The notes under the pieces were generated by a model, which made no database searches, was not told the DNA's origin, and saw only the letters and a program-made list of their open reading frames with translations. Positions 18,734 to 28,546 of a DNA stretch of 29,504 bases are shown here, piece after piece. Numbering within the stretch: position 1 is the first letter of the stretch; every line of letters starts with the position of its first letter. Position numbers and translations under genes: made by a program. This DNA comes from Fastidiosibacter lacustris (GTDB lineage Bacteria; Pseudomonadota; Gammaproteobacteria; Francisellales; Francisellaceae). Location: assembly GCF_003428155.1 (NCBI RefSeq), contig NZ_QLIR01000022.1, positions 1-29,504 on the forward strand. The letters are read 5' to 3'.

Positions 18734-19843
18734 CTATAAAACTACATTCAACAAATGACTTCCTTGTTGTAATGCACCTTTTGCATTAATGCTGATAACA
18801 AGTCCATTAAATGGAAAAGAAATAGAGATGGCTGTTTGACTCGACATTTTAAGGCATCTACCAACCAGTTGATCTTTTTTAATAACGTCTCCTGGTGCAA
18901 TAAACCATTCATATAAACCACCATATAGCGCATGCAGTGCTTTGAAGTTATCTTCGTTATGAAAGGTAACACGACTTGATAGGGCATTGCTACTATCTGA
19001 ATATGGCTGAACAACTTTGTGATGAGCTAGGTAGTTTAGAATGCGCAATGCTTGCATTTGTGCTTTTTGACTATTGATTAATTCTTCTGAACCTAACTCA
19101 AGTGTGAAACTTTCAACGCCAACAACTTCTTTTCTACCTAATTCACCAAACGCTCTTTGTAGACTCCACCAAGGATAAAACCCTGCTTCGTCTAACGCAC
19201 CATTGCATTTGTTTTCGATTAAAAACACATGCTCAAAACCAAATTTCTCGGCGCTGTTTTTTGCATATGCAGGGCTATAAAGATAATCAATTGAATGCGT
19301 ATCGGTATGTAAATCTAGAATAATATCTGCTTCAAGCGCATGTTTTTGCATCGTGTAGTTTAAGCGTTTAGCGCGTGATAGCATATATTGATTTGCTAAA
19401 GCTTGATCAATTTGTTGATATAACACTTCACGCAAAGCCTGTTTATAAACTTTCATATCACTTTTAAGATGTGTTTTAGCAAAATCATGGTAATTAATAT
19501 CAGGTTTAAAGTAATAACGGTTCCAATTATCGCCATTTGTTGAATCAAACCGACCCTGGTGACCTGCACCTATGAGCATATCGCGTCCAATCGGGTTGCA
19601 TTGTGGAATAATTGTAATATCGCCTAAAGGTTGCTTATTTTTAAAATACTTGAGAAGTACCAAAATAACGGCATTACCCTGAATTTCTGATGCGTGCATG
19701 CTTGCTTGAATATAAACTTTTTTGGCAGCAGAATCACCGCCTTTTATAACAAGCTTAGTCACCTCTATTGCCTCACCAGCAGCATTTTCACCTACTTTTA
19801 TTTTTTGTTCTGAAATATATTCATATCCACTCATACTAACCAA
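18734..19843 (-). CDS. M14 / succinylglutamate desuccinylase-aspartoacylase (AstE/AspA) family zinc hydrolase
   Basis: KKVYIQASMHASEIQGNAVILVLLKYF (HxxE), IIPQCNPIGRD, ADIILDLHTDTHSIDY, C-terminal lipoyl-like beta domain; last gene of the dap/lys operon. Confidence 0.8.
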   Translation of the reverse strand: MVSMSGYEYISEQKIKVGENAAGEAIEVTKLVIKGGDSAAKKVYIQASMHASEIQGNAVILVLLKYFKNKQPLGDITIIPQCNPIGRDMLIGAGHQGRFDSTNGDNWNRYYFKPDINYHDFAKTHLKSDMKVYKQALREVLYQQIDQALANQYMLSRAKRLNYTMQKHALEADIILDLHTDTHSIDYLYSPAYAKNSAEKFGFEHVFLIENKCNGALDEAGFYPWWSLQRAFGELGRKEVVGVESFTLELGSEELINSQKAQMQALRILNYLAHHKVVQPYSDSSNALSSRVTFHNEDNFKALHALYGGLYEWFIAPGDVIKKDQLVGRCLKMSSQTAISISFPFNGLVISINAKGALQQGSHLLNVVL

Positions 19844-21039
19844 CTCTGTGCGTTTTTTGTTTGTCTTATTATCCTAATGTGACCCTTATTAAAAACTACC
19901 TCAGCAGGTAGCTTGTGGCATAAAAAAAAAGGCATACTTTCAGTAAAACCATAAGCACCTGTTGTATGAAATACCAAGTAATCATTTATATTCACATCAT
20001 CTGGTAACTGAATTTGTCCAAGCTGATCTAAATTGGTACATAACGAACCATGCACCTGAATAGGTATGAGCTTAGCAAAACTTTGGCGTAATAGAGTTGT
20101 TGGAAATGCTTCCCCAGTAATGGCAGGTCTAAGCAAATGCTGACTCCCTCCCTCAACAACAAGTAAAGTTTTACCATAGATTTGTTTACGATCAACAACG
20201 CGTGTCAAATAAACACCACATTCAGCTACTGCGTAACGACCTAATTCAAGCCAAAACTGAAGCTTTGGATAACTATTGATTAAATTTTTCAATAATATTT
20301 CAATATCTTTTAATACTAAAGGGACTTGTAATTGAGTATATGGAACACCTAATCCACCACCTAGGTCAAGCACTCGTAAATTTATGTTAATCTCGTCTGC
20401 AAGCATATTAAGCGTTTTAGAAATCGTAAACCAAATCTGTTCAAGCTTGTCTTTAGATAAAACATTGCCCCATTGAAAGCAATGAAAGCCGATGATATCA
20501 ACATAATGACTTCGTTGTTTATTTTGCTTAAAATAATCTACCCAATCTTGTGGTGGCAATCCAAACGGGGTGATACATTTGCCACCTAAAACATTTTTTT
20601 CGCTCAAAGCCCACTTAAGCTGCACCCGCAATAAGACTTGTACGTCAACCTTTTTTTGATTCACAATGTTCGTTAAGTCAACCAATTGCTGAATGCTCTC
20701 TATCACAAAAACACGAACACCTCTATCAATAAAATACATAAGCTGTACATAGGATTTAGCAGGTCCTGTGTGAAGAATACGCTGAGACAGAACACCCTGA
20801 GCTAACACCTGCTCAAGCTCACCGATACTTGCAACATCAAAGCACATTTTTTCAGTGGCTAGTGTTTGAATAATGCAAGATAGTGGATTGGCCTTTAATG
20901 CATACCAAAGCTTAACAGGAAGAGAACTAAGCTTTTTAATATGTGATGCCAGCACATCTAAGTCATAGTAAAAAAATGGTGCATCAATCTGTTGGACTAA
21001 GCTTTGCAAATATGGTTCATGCAAGTTAAGATCAAACAT
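19831..21039 (-). CDS. PLP-dependent decarboxylase, diaminopimelate decarboxylase-like
   Basis: PFFYYDLDVLASH, VKLWYALKANPL, FDVASIGELEQVLAQG, GGGLGVPY, LELGRYAVAECG, HGSLCTNLDQLG, TTGAYGFTESM; operonic with dapD/A/B. Confidence 0.8.
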   Translation of the reverse strand: MFDLNLHEPYLQSLVQQIDAPFFYYDLDVLASHIKKLSSLPVKLWYALKANPLSCIIQTLATEKMCFDVASIGELEQVLAQGVLSQRILHTGPAKSYVQLMYFIDRGVRVFVIESIQQLVDLTNIVNQKKVDVQVLLRVQLKWALSEKNVLGGKCITPFGLPPQDWVDYFKQNKQRSHYVDIIGFHCFQWGNVLSKDKLEQIWFTISKTLNMLADEININLRVLDLGGGLGVPYTQLQVPLVLKDIEILLKNLINSYPKLQFWLELGRYAVAECGVYLTRVVDRKQIYGKTLLVVEGGSQHLLRPAITGEAFPTTLLRQSFAKLIPIQVHGSLCTNLDQLGQIQLPDDVNINDYLVFHTTGAYGFTESMPFFLCHKLPAEVVFNKGHIRIIRQTKNAQSWLV

Positions 21040-21788
21040 TAGCGCAATGCCTCCTCTAGGCTTAGTGCTTGATCACTCTTATCGTCACGATATTTTACAA
21101 TAATCGGACAAGCCGCTTGCAAGCTATTTTCCTTTGCCCAAGGTTGTAACAATGGGCGTGTACCAGGGATCACAACCGCACCCTCTGGGATTTTTTCACT
21201 TTTATCTAAGATCCTTTCATTGACACAGTCGTAAACGTTAACTCCTTTTGATAGTACCACTGATGGTGCAATTACTGCGCGTTTACCAATTACTATTCCT
21301 TCAACAATAATCGCTCCAGCACCAACAAAAACATAATCTTCTATGATCACAGGATTCATACCGATTGGTTCTAATACACCTCCTATTTGGACGCCTGCTG
21401 ATAAGTGAACGTATTTACCAATTTGTGCACATGAGCCAACCAATACGTGACTGTCAAGCATCGTATTTTCATCAACATACGCACCTGTATTAACATAAGA
21501 AGGAGGCATAATTACGACCGATGGTGCAATATAGGCACCTCTTCTGACAGCTGATCCTCCTGGTACCATACGTATACCATCCTTAACGCTAAAAAGCCTA
21601 GGTGGCAAATTATGCTTATCAACAAACCCATGATATGCTGCGTCAAAATCTTTATTTTTTCCAGCTTTAAACGCCTCTAGAATCGCTTGTTTGACCTCAA
21701 TATTTACCTGCCAATCACCATTATCTTTTCGGCTGGCTGACCTTAGTTTACCTGTTTGTAAATCTGCTAAAACTTGTTCCCAGTTCAT
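21039..21788 (-). CDS. dapD: 2,3,4,5-tetrahydropyridine-2,6-dicarboxylate N-succinyltransferase
   Basis: RMVPGGSAVRRGAYIAPSVVIMPPSYVNTGAYVDENTMLDSHVLVGSCAQIGKYVHLSAGVQIGGVLEP, left-handed beta-helix hexapeptide repeats. Confidence 0.95.
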   Translation of the reverse strand: MNWEQVLADLQTGKLRSASRKDNGDWQVNIEVKQAILEAFKAGKNKDFDAAYHGFVDKHNLPPRLFSVKDGIRMVPGGSAVRRGAYIAPSVVIMPPSYVNTGAYVDENTMLDSHVLVGSCAQIGKYVHLSAGVQIGGVLEPIGMNPVIIEDYVFVGAGAIIVEGIVIGKRAVIAPSVVLSKGVNVYDCVNERILDKSEKIPEGAVVIPGTRPLLQPWAKENSLQAACPIIVKYRDDKSDQALSLEEALR

Positions 21789-21806
21789 GTTGTCCTCAGT
21801 TTGTTT

Positions 21807-22697
21807 TTATACTACAGCTGTGTAATATGCCTTAAGTATTTCATCAGCTTCACTAAGTTGTGCCAAGCCAGTAAGCTCACTTGCCACTAAAGGCGCTCTT
21901 AAAGTATTGCTTGCAATTTTATTAGTGTGAGCAAGCCAAACTTTTGCGGGAATCGGATTTGCCACACTAAAACAGGCCTTAGCTGCTGTTTGCCACAAGC
22001 TTTGTTCTTCATTTGTGATCTTACCTGCTAAAGCAGCTGTAACGTAGCATTTAGTTTCGATAGGCCAAAGATTGGATACAACTGATACCAAGCCTTTGGC
22101 GCCAACCTGTGCTAGTTCTGGCATCATTGCATCCTCTCCACTATATACAGCCACTGAAGATGCGATCTCAACATAGCGTTTGAAACGTTCAATATCACCA
22201 GAAGCCTCTTTTAATGCCCATAGGTTGGGATGCTCTTTTAATGCATCAAACGCCTGAAAGCATAAATTAACTCCTGTGCGAGAAGGAACGTTATACAGCA
22301 TACAAGGTTTTTGAGAACGATCCAAAAGTGTATTAAACCAGGCAATTTGCCCTTGTGTTCCTGGTTTAGCATAAATGGGTGTTACTATTAAATAACCATC
22401 TATTTTCTGCTGGTTACAGAAATCCAACCACTGTACTTGTTGTGGTAGCTGATAACCACCTACTCCAACTAAAAGTGGGACGTTTAGGTTTAAAGCACAA
22501 GTAAATTCTACGACTTGACACTGCTCGGTAAAAGTAAGTGCCAATGCTTCACCTGTACTACCCAAAATTAATACGCCACAATCAGCATCTTCTTGCTGTC
22601 TTAATAATCTTTCAAAGCTTACAAAGTCGATTTTCCCTCCATCTAACATTGGAGTGACAACCGCTGTATATAAAATATTATTTAAATTTATTGTCAT
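21807..22697 (-). CDS. dapA: 4-hydroxy-tetrahydrodipicolinate synthase
   Basis: TAVVTPML, LGSTGEALALT, KPCMLYNVPSRTGVNL, ALKEASGD, YSGEDAMMPELAQVGAKGLVSVVSN. Confidence 0.95.
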   Translation of the reverse strand: MTINLNNILYTAVVTPMLDGGKIDFVSFERLLRQQEDADCGVLILGSTGEALALTFTEQCQVVEFTCALNLNVPLLVGVGGYQLPQQVQWLDFCNQQKIDGYLIVTPIYAKPGTQGQIAWFNTLLDRSQKPCMLYNVPSRTGVNLCFQAFDALKEHPNLWALKEASGDIERFKRYVEIASSVAVYSGEDAMMPELAQVGAKGLVSVVSNLWPIETKCYVTAALAGKITNEEQSLWQTAAKACFSVANPIPAKVWLAHTNKIASNTLRAPLVASELTGLAQLSEADEILKAYYTAVV

Positions 22698-23362
22698 AAG
22701 ACACCTCCTACTAATTCATCAAACTGATAAAACCCGATGAGTGGTTCATTTTTACAGACAAAACGCGCTGCCCATATCGCGCCTTGTGCAAATAGTCTTC
22801 TATCATGAGCGGTATGTTTTAATTCAATCTTTTCATAAGGGTTGCTGACTACAAGCCTATGCTCACCTTTTACATCTTCTTTGCGAATAGATTCAATTGG
22901 GCAATTGTCAACGCTAAGCCATTTTTGCCATGAAATTGCCGTTCCACTTGGCGCATCTAGCTTCTCTATATGGTGCGTTTCCAACAGTGCAAACGAGGTA
23001 TTTGTCACTAAGTTTTGCAGATTGCCTAATGTACTAAGCATTTGTTTAATCAATACCATCGACAAGCTAAAATTATTGGCTACTACCCAAGTTTGGGCAT
23101 TTTGGTTAACGCTATCAATAATTTCATCTGTGTAGTCAAATCCAGTTGATCCACACACTACCATAACCTTACTTTGAAGCAAAATGGGTAAGATTGAACG
23201 TAGCGCTACAGCATTAACAAAGACAATCGCAACGTCTGCCTTGTTAAGCTTTTCCACGGTAACCAAATTTTGAGAGTCAAATATATCGCTTATTTCATTA
23301 TCCTTCAATAAATCAATAACGGCTTGTCCCGTTTTGCCTTTACCAATTACAGCCACTTTCAT
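22694..23362 (-). CDS. dapB: 4-hydroxy-tetrahydrodipicolinate reductase
   Basis: MKVAVIGKGKTGQAV, VVCGSTGFDY, NNFSLSMVLIKQM, LLETHHIEKLDAPSGTA, LKHTAHDRRLFAQGAIWAARF. Confidence 0.93.
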   Translation of the reverse strand: MKVAVIGKGKTGQAVIDLLKDNEISDIFDSQNLVTVEKLNKADVAIVFVNAVALRSILPILLQSKVMVVCGSTGFDYTDEIIDSVNQNAQTWVVANNFSLSMVLIKQMLSTLGNLQNLVTNTSFALLETHHIEKLDAPSGTAISWQKWLSVDNCPIESIRKEDVKGEHRLVVSNPYEKIELKHTAHDRRLFAQGAIWAARFVCKNEPLIGFYQFDELVGGVL

Positions 23363-23748
23363 ATCACATTATCCTTATAAGTTTGAAGGAAAATTTGATC
23401 ATAAATCCTTTTGATCAGCATCTTTGCATTTTTTTATTTACTAATTAAGCGAATATTATGCCTACTTGCGCTATGACTGAAAAGATGAATATGATCATAA
23501 GACAATACACTAAACAACTTACCACTAACGCCTTTATGCTGTACCAATCACGGAAATTAATGACAGGTTAAGTTCAATACTGATTTCAATATTATCTATA
23601 GTCTGTAATTCATGCCGTAGATTACCGTTACTAGCTTATTATCCACTTATGACTACCAATATGCTTTAGAATTAAAGCAACGTTCACTTCACTGTTACTG
23701 ACAAAATCACTATAACCTGACCTTTTTATCACGATCAAAAGGTTTGTG

Positions 23749-24624
23749 TTAAACTTTTTTAAAATACTTACGGCTTAAATCTAAACCAAAAAGCTTTTCT
23801 AACTTTATTTTAAAACGTTGACGCTTTTCTTTTTTGGTCAATATATGATGAGTATTGGCTTGAAAAATTTCCTCTTGCTGTGGAAAAAATCCTTCAATAA
23901 TTTTAGGATGTGTCCCAACAAACTTCATCAGGATTTTGGGATCGATATCGCTGTATTTCGAGTCAAAACCTTCTGATTTTCCCCAATGCTTATTGACCTG
24001 GCTAATCTTCTTACTCATTGCAGATTCAGGACGCACCCAACCATAATGATAGATATAATTATCCAATAGTTTTGCCTTGGGATAACGCCCAATACGATTG
24101 GATTTTTTAGGATCCAATACCAACCAGTACAAACCATCTGGTGCATAACTTCTAACACTTGCTTTAATGACTCTAGGTGCGTAGCGATACCAAGTTGGTG
24201 ACGCTAAATAAGTGTTAGTATTACCATAAAAATGATAATAACGAAAAGCCAATGCTTCGACTTCTGGATCGTTTTTGTACTGTTGCAAAGCCTTTTGAAT
24301 ATCATCTAAATCCTTTTCGTGAACAATTTCATCTCCTTCTAGATAAAAAAGCCAATCACCAGTACAAGCAAATTGAGCAATCATTTTTTGCTGGGCATAA
24401 GTATATCCTTTTACCTGCATGTGTTCATTCCAGATGGTTTCAATAATTTTAATTTTTGGATTGTCTTTGGTTAACTGATACAGAATATCAGGACTTTTAT
24501 CTTGAGATTTTCCAAGCGCAATAATAAATTCATCACAAATCGGTAAAATCGATAAAATAGATTGAACATAGGGAAAACACAACTCTTCGGCATTGCGTAA
24601 AAAAGTAAACCCTGATAGTTTCAT
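23749..24624 (-). CDS. Glycosyltransferase family 2-like protein (LPS core type)
   Basis: MKLSGFTFLRNAEELCFPYVQSILSILPICDEFIIALGKSQDKSPDIL ... DWLFYLEGDEIVHEKDL, a DxD-like GT-A region. Confidence 0.8.
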   Translation of the reverse strand: MKLSGFTFLRNAEELCFPYVQSILSILPICDEFIIALGKSQDKSPDILYQLTKDNPKIKIIETIWNEHMQVKGYTYAQQKMIAQFACTGDWLFYLEGDEIVHEKDLDDIQKALQQYKNDPEVEALAFRYYHFYGNTNTYLASPTWYRYAPRVIKASVRSYAPDGLYWLVLDPKKSNRIGRYPKAKLLDNYIYHYGWVRPESAMSKKISQVNKHWGKSEGFDSKYSDIDPKILMKFVGTHPKIIEGFFPQQEEIFQANTHHILTKKEKRQRFKIKLEKLFGLDLSRKYFKKV

Positions 24625-24780
24625 GACAAATCTGATTCAAATAATTTTGCAATAGTTTAGGGAAAACAAATTCAGAATGATACTAAAAAACATCAATTCG
24701 ACATAAAAGTTCATAATACAATCCATTCTCTAGTCTTTTCCTTTGTAAACGAAAATTTTTTCATTTGAGCAATTCTCGCA

Positions 24781-24981
24781 GTGATTTATTTAAAATTTTT
24801 CTTTACACTAGTCGTCAGCTGTTTGCTGTTTGAGGTGCTTTTTCATATTGCGCAAATCAGAAAAAATAACGTTTCACGCAGCATTTTGCAATCTTTTCTT
24901 CGTGTACAGAGAATCGATGTAGAAAAAGTAAATATTACTGAGTTAGTCCAAGCTGGGGTGCTACATGAAAATCTACACTAA
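24781..24981 (+). CDS. Small hypothetical protein with N-terminal hydrophobic segment
   Basis: 66 aa, MIYLKFFFTLVVSCLLFEVLFHIAQI; 3' end overlaps the start of the MFS gene by 17 nt (possible translational coupling). Confidence 0.45.
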   Translation: MIYLKFFFTLVVSCLLFEVLFHIAQIRKNNVSRSILQSFLRVQRIDVEKVNITELVQAGVLHENLH

Positions 24982-26134
24982 GCGAGATTTATACCTTATT
25001 AATATCGCATCAACTTTTGCTTACGTAGGAGCTGCCGCCACGTGGAGTGGGATACCTTATTTGCTTGTTAAACTGACGGGTGATGCTCAACACTTTGCTT
25101 TTATGCTGATTACAAGTCAGATAATTGGTGTTGTTGCACCTTTCCTATCTAAATATGTTGTGGATTGTTATAGCCGCAAAATAATAAGTATACTGTCAAG
25201 CATAGGTGCAATTATATCGCTTTTGTGGTTAATAAACTTAGACTTTACTACCTCAGTAGCTATGTTTTATATTGCAAGTTGCTGTCTGTGGCTAATGTTA
25301 TATATGGGAGAGCCCGCTCGTAAAGTGTGGCAAGGAAATATAATTAAGGAAGTGTATGAGCGTTGCGAAGAAGGAATGGCAAGGTTTAATGCAATTAATA
25401 TGGTTGGTAAGGCGATTGGTTTTAGCATTGGACCCATCCTTTTTGGGTGTTTGGGATATTATGCATTTTTTGTGGAGGTACTTGGCTATATCTGTGAAGT
25501 TATACTTTTATTTTTTATTACCTATGAAGCATCCTTGGCTGGAATAAGAGAAGTTAAGAAGGTTACACTAAAATTTCTTGCACAAAATAGACATTTTTTT
25601 TGGATTTTAGTTTCAACAGGTATTTTTGCTTACCCTGTGTTATATGTAGGTCAAAACTTATTGATTTCCAAGTTTAATGCTTCAAGCTTGTTAATTTCCT
25701 TATTTTGGCTGATGCTGACACTAGGTTCTATTATAAGCAATTTACTGGTGAGTAAGAGAGTTATGCGAAATTGTGATCAACTAAAAATATATCGAATATT
25801 ATCTTATGTCGTAATGATAGCCATGATAGGCATGCTTTTTGCTCCATCACCTTATTTACTCATAGCGTTTGGTGTCGGATGTACACTAATTAATCCTATG
25901 TTAAATGTAATTGCAAATAAGGACATATTTATTCGCTACCCAAATCAGGTTAGAGGACAGGTAATTGCCTTATCAACCTCTTTTGCCGCTGTGATAAATA
26001 TTATTGTGTTAAGTCTGCTACAAGCATTTGATTTGACCCAAGTAAATGTTTCCCTGTATGTTTTAATTGGAATGCTTAGCATTGTGGTTTTTAGGAATCA
26101 TCACGTTCGTTGTTATTCAAGTGTAAGAAAATAA
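24965..26134 (+). CDS. MFS transporter
   Basis: 389 aa, about 10-12 predicted TM helices; APFLSKYVVDCYSRKIISILSSIGAI and NAINMVGKAIGFSIGPILFGCLGYY patterns. Confidence 0.82.
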   Translation: MKIYTKRDLYLINIASTFAYVGAAATWSGIPYLLVKLTGDAQHFAFMLITSQIIGVVAPFLSKYVVDCYSRKIISILSSIGAIISLLWLINLDFTTSVAMFYIASCCLWLMLYMGEPARKVWQGNIIKEVYERCEEGMARFNAINMVGKAIGFSIGPILFGCLGYYAFFVEVLGYICEVILLFFITYEASLAGIREVKKVTLKFLAQNRHFFWILVSTGIFAYPVLYVGQNLLISKFNASSLLISLFWLMLTLGSIISNLLVSKRVMRNCDQLKIYRILSYVVMIAMIGMLFAPSPYLLIAFGVGCTLINPMLNVIANKDIFIRYPNQVRGQVIALSTSFAAVINIIVLSLLQAFDLTQVNVSLYVLIGMLSIVVFRNHHVRCYSSVRK

Positions 26135-26242
26135 GGACTTATGGGACACCGATACTCAGCATCATAAATTGGAGATGTTGCCATAAAGAAGTTAAATTGC
26201 AGATGTATAATCTTTAGTGTATTGACTTGTTCAAAACTATGA

Positions 26243-28489
26243 TCAAACGTAGCTTTCAGTCTCCAATGGAAGAAGCGTATTTTCATGAGTTGTTTGCCAC
26301 AATATATTAGAGAAAGTCATATAAACATTACTCAACCACACATCAGCCTGTAATTGTTCTTTCTCAATGCTATCTTGAGCAAGGTATCTTGCGTCATTAT
26401 ATAACTTAAACTTTTCAAACAAGTGTTGTTTGATACGCTGCTCCAATAATGTACGCTTATCACCAAAGCTCGTTTCGCCTTTTACATATGAAATATAATA
26501 ACGATCTGCTTCAACCTGCTCTAAGGCTTTTTTATAATTCTCAACGCCATCACCAATGTAATTTTGTTTTGGCCAGTTAACATCAAGTGGAACAAGGGTC
26601 GTATTACTCCAGCGCTCTAAATGATTATGATTAAAATCTTCTAATGCGGTAAGTTCAAAGCGATAATCTTTATTTTTACCTTCTTTATCCTTCTTTGATT
26701 TAATCATTGCATAAGCTTCATAGCTTAGCAGCTGATGATCAGCAAAACTTGCCAAGAAACTCAGCTTTGCCAAAATATATGACTTAGGATTGTTAATATC
26801 GTTTTGTGCGACTCTTTGCTGCCATGCTGTTTGGTCAGCTAAATTCCGGCTATTTTCATTGGCTTTTTCATGTAAATATTTCTTTAGTGTGCACAAATTG
26901 ACACAAGAGACATGCTCTCGCCAATAACTGTTCATAATACTTGGAATTCCTGCATTAACTAGCTTTAACTGGGTTAATACAAAAAATGCTGTCAATAAGG
27001 CAATCGCTTGTGAAAATTCTTCTTTGGAATGCTGATGAAATACACTCAACAGAGGACGAACATTGTTCCAATGTTCCTTTTCTAAGTAATGCAAAAACAG
27101 TTTGGTTTTGTCATCTAGATCAAGGTAGATACTGCCTTCTTGATTCATATTGGTATTTTCAAAGCTATAGCAGAAATATAAGTGATCTCGAATTTTTTTA
27201 ACAAACTGTGTTTTTTGCTCTTTCTTTTCAGTGGAAATTGCAAAATACTCATCAATTAAGAACTGGCGTTGTGCCTTTAAGCTTTTGCTTACCTTTTGCT
27301 TATTTCCCGTTAAAATATAGCCAAGATCGACAATAAATTTGTCTAATGTCTTTGTTTTACCTTTATTTTGCGTGGAATTTAGCAAATCATGTATTTGCTC
27401 AAACAAAGTATACTCTACTGACTGTTGATAGTCTTGATAGCCAACATAACGAATGACTTCTGGCTTAAATGTGTCAATAGCATTCAGCGGCTCACCAGTG
27501 GTGTTTAATGCCTGAAAAATATTATGTGAATATGAGTTCTTAGTTACACTAATGACTGTGAAAGCACAACGGTAAAGTACAAACTCTGCTAAATAAAAAA
27601 GAGCAACGATTTCTTTTAAGTGTTTAAGCTTTTCTCCTTTAATAGGCAAATGAGGATTTGTGATGGCAGACAACTCGAATCGTTGCAAATATTCATATAA
27701 ATGACTGTCAGGTCGCAAGAAAGCTTCTGTCATTTCTTCGGACTGCAAAATGTCATTTATTTCCTGATCAATAATTTTAAAAAATGACTTTAAATTCCCA
27801 TTATAACCATAATCAGATTGACGATAATTAAATAAATAAGAAGCAACATCAGAATTATAAAGCACTTTGGACTCAGAAGTTGACCAACAGTCGTCATACA
27901 TGCGAATAATGCGTGGATAAACACAAAATGGATTCTCTTTTTCATCCCCTTCAGCAACTGTGAAGCGGCAAATGTCATGAGTGGCTCCTGTAATAGTACC
28001 AATACATGCTGTAATACCGTAATATAGGTCAAGAATCATGACTCGATTTTCACATTTATCATCTTCTAGATTTTCAAAATAGCGTCTATCTTCTTTGAGC
28101 TTCTTGCTAAGTTTGTTAAGTCTTTGATAAATTCTTGAAGCCAGGAGGGTAAATGTTGTTAAGCGTTGCTGACCGTCTACCACAACAGAGACCTGAGAGG
28201 GCATAGCTCTTGTATCACAAGGTTCAACGTCCAAATTGCTATTATTATCTTCAACTAGCACAATTGCACCAAAAAATACTAATGCGGATAAATCATCTGA
28301 AAACATGCCTTCTTTAAGGCTATTAAAGAGATCACCCATATTTGTTTTGCCATCACCATCCCAAGCAAACGGACGTTGATAACTTGGGATATAATAGCCA
28401 TTTTTCTGCGCTAAAGTCATATAAACACTCTTGGGTGTTGAAGTAAAAATGCCATCGATATTGATTTTCATTCCTTCATATTTTGTCAT
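26243..28489 (-). CDS. DUF262 domain-containing protein (ParB/GmrS-like N-terminus), long form without an evident DUF1524 HNH motif
   Basis: YYIPSYQRPFAWDGDG and SVVVDGQQRLTTFTLLASRIYQRL motifs, FQALNTTGEPLNAIDTFKPEVI; 748 aa. Confidence 0.85.
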   Translation of the reverse strand: MTKYEGMKINIDGIFTSTPKSVYMTLAQKNGYYIPSYQRPFAWDGDGKTNMGDLFNSLKEGMFSDDLSALVFFGAIVLVEDNNSNLDVEPCDTRAMPSQVSVVVDGQQRLTTFTLLASRIYQRLNKLSKKLKEDRRYFENLEDDKCENRVMILDLYYGITACIGTITGATHDICRFTVAEGDEKENPFCVYPRIIRMYDDCWSTSESKVLYNSDVASYLFNYRQSDYGYNGNLKSFFKIIDQEINDILQSEEMTEAFLRPDSHLYEYLQRFELSAITNPHLPIKGEKLKHLKEIVALFYLAEFVLYRCAFTVISVTKNSYSHNIFQALNTTGEPLNAIDTFKPEVIRYVGYQDYQQSVEYTLFEQIHDLLNSTQNKGKTKTLDKFIVDLGYILTGNKQKVSKSLKAQRQFLIDEYFAISTEKKEQKTQFVKKIRDHLYFCYSFENTNMNQEGSIYLDLDDKTKLFLHYLEKEHWNNVRPLLSVFHQHSKEEFSQAIALLTAFFVLTQLKLVNAGIPSIMNSYWREHVSCVNLCTLKKYLHEKANENSRNLADQTAWQQRVAQNDINNPKSYILAKLSFLASFADHQLLSYEAYAMIKSKKDKEGKNKDYRFELTALEDFNHNHLERWSNTTLVPLDVNWPKQNYIGDGVENYKKALEQVEADRYYISYVKGETSFGDKRTLLEQRIKQHLFEKFKLYNDARYLAQDSIEKEQLQADVWLSNVYMTFSNILWQTTHENTLLPLETESYV

Positions 28490-28546
28490 TGCTATCCTCC
28501 TGAAAGTTTATTTATTACGACAAATAATGTTTCATTATGTTTTTTA

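Noticed and set aside
18748-19014. 88-aa minus-strand ORF, plus 22842-23135 plus-strand ORF and 24252-24446 plus-strand ORF
   Set aside because: Alternative-frame or antisense shadows of the M14-like, dapB and glycosyltransferase genes.
23363-23748. Possible lysine riboswitch upstream of dapB
   Set aside because: Read on the minus strand, I could not identify the conserved L-box core; only a weak 7-bp hairpin near 23720-23743 is present.
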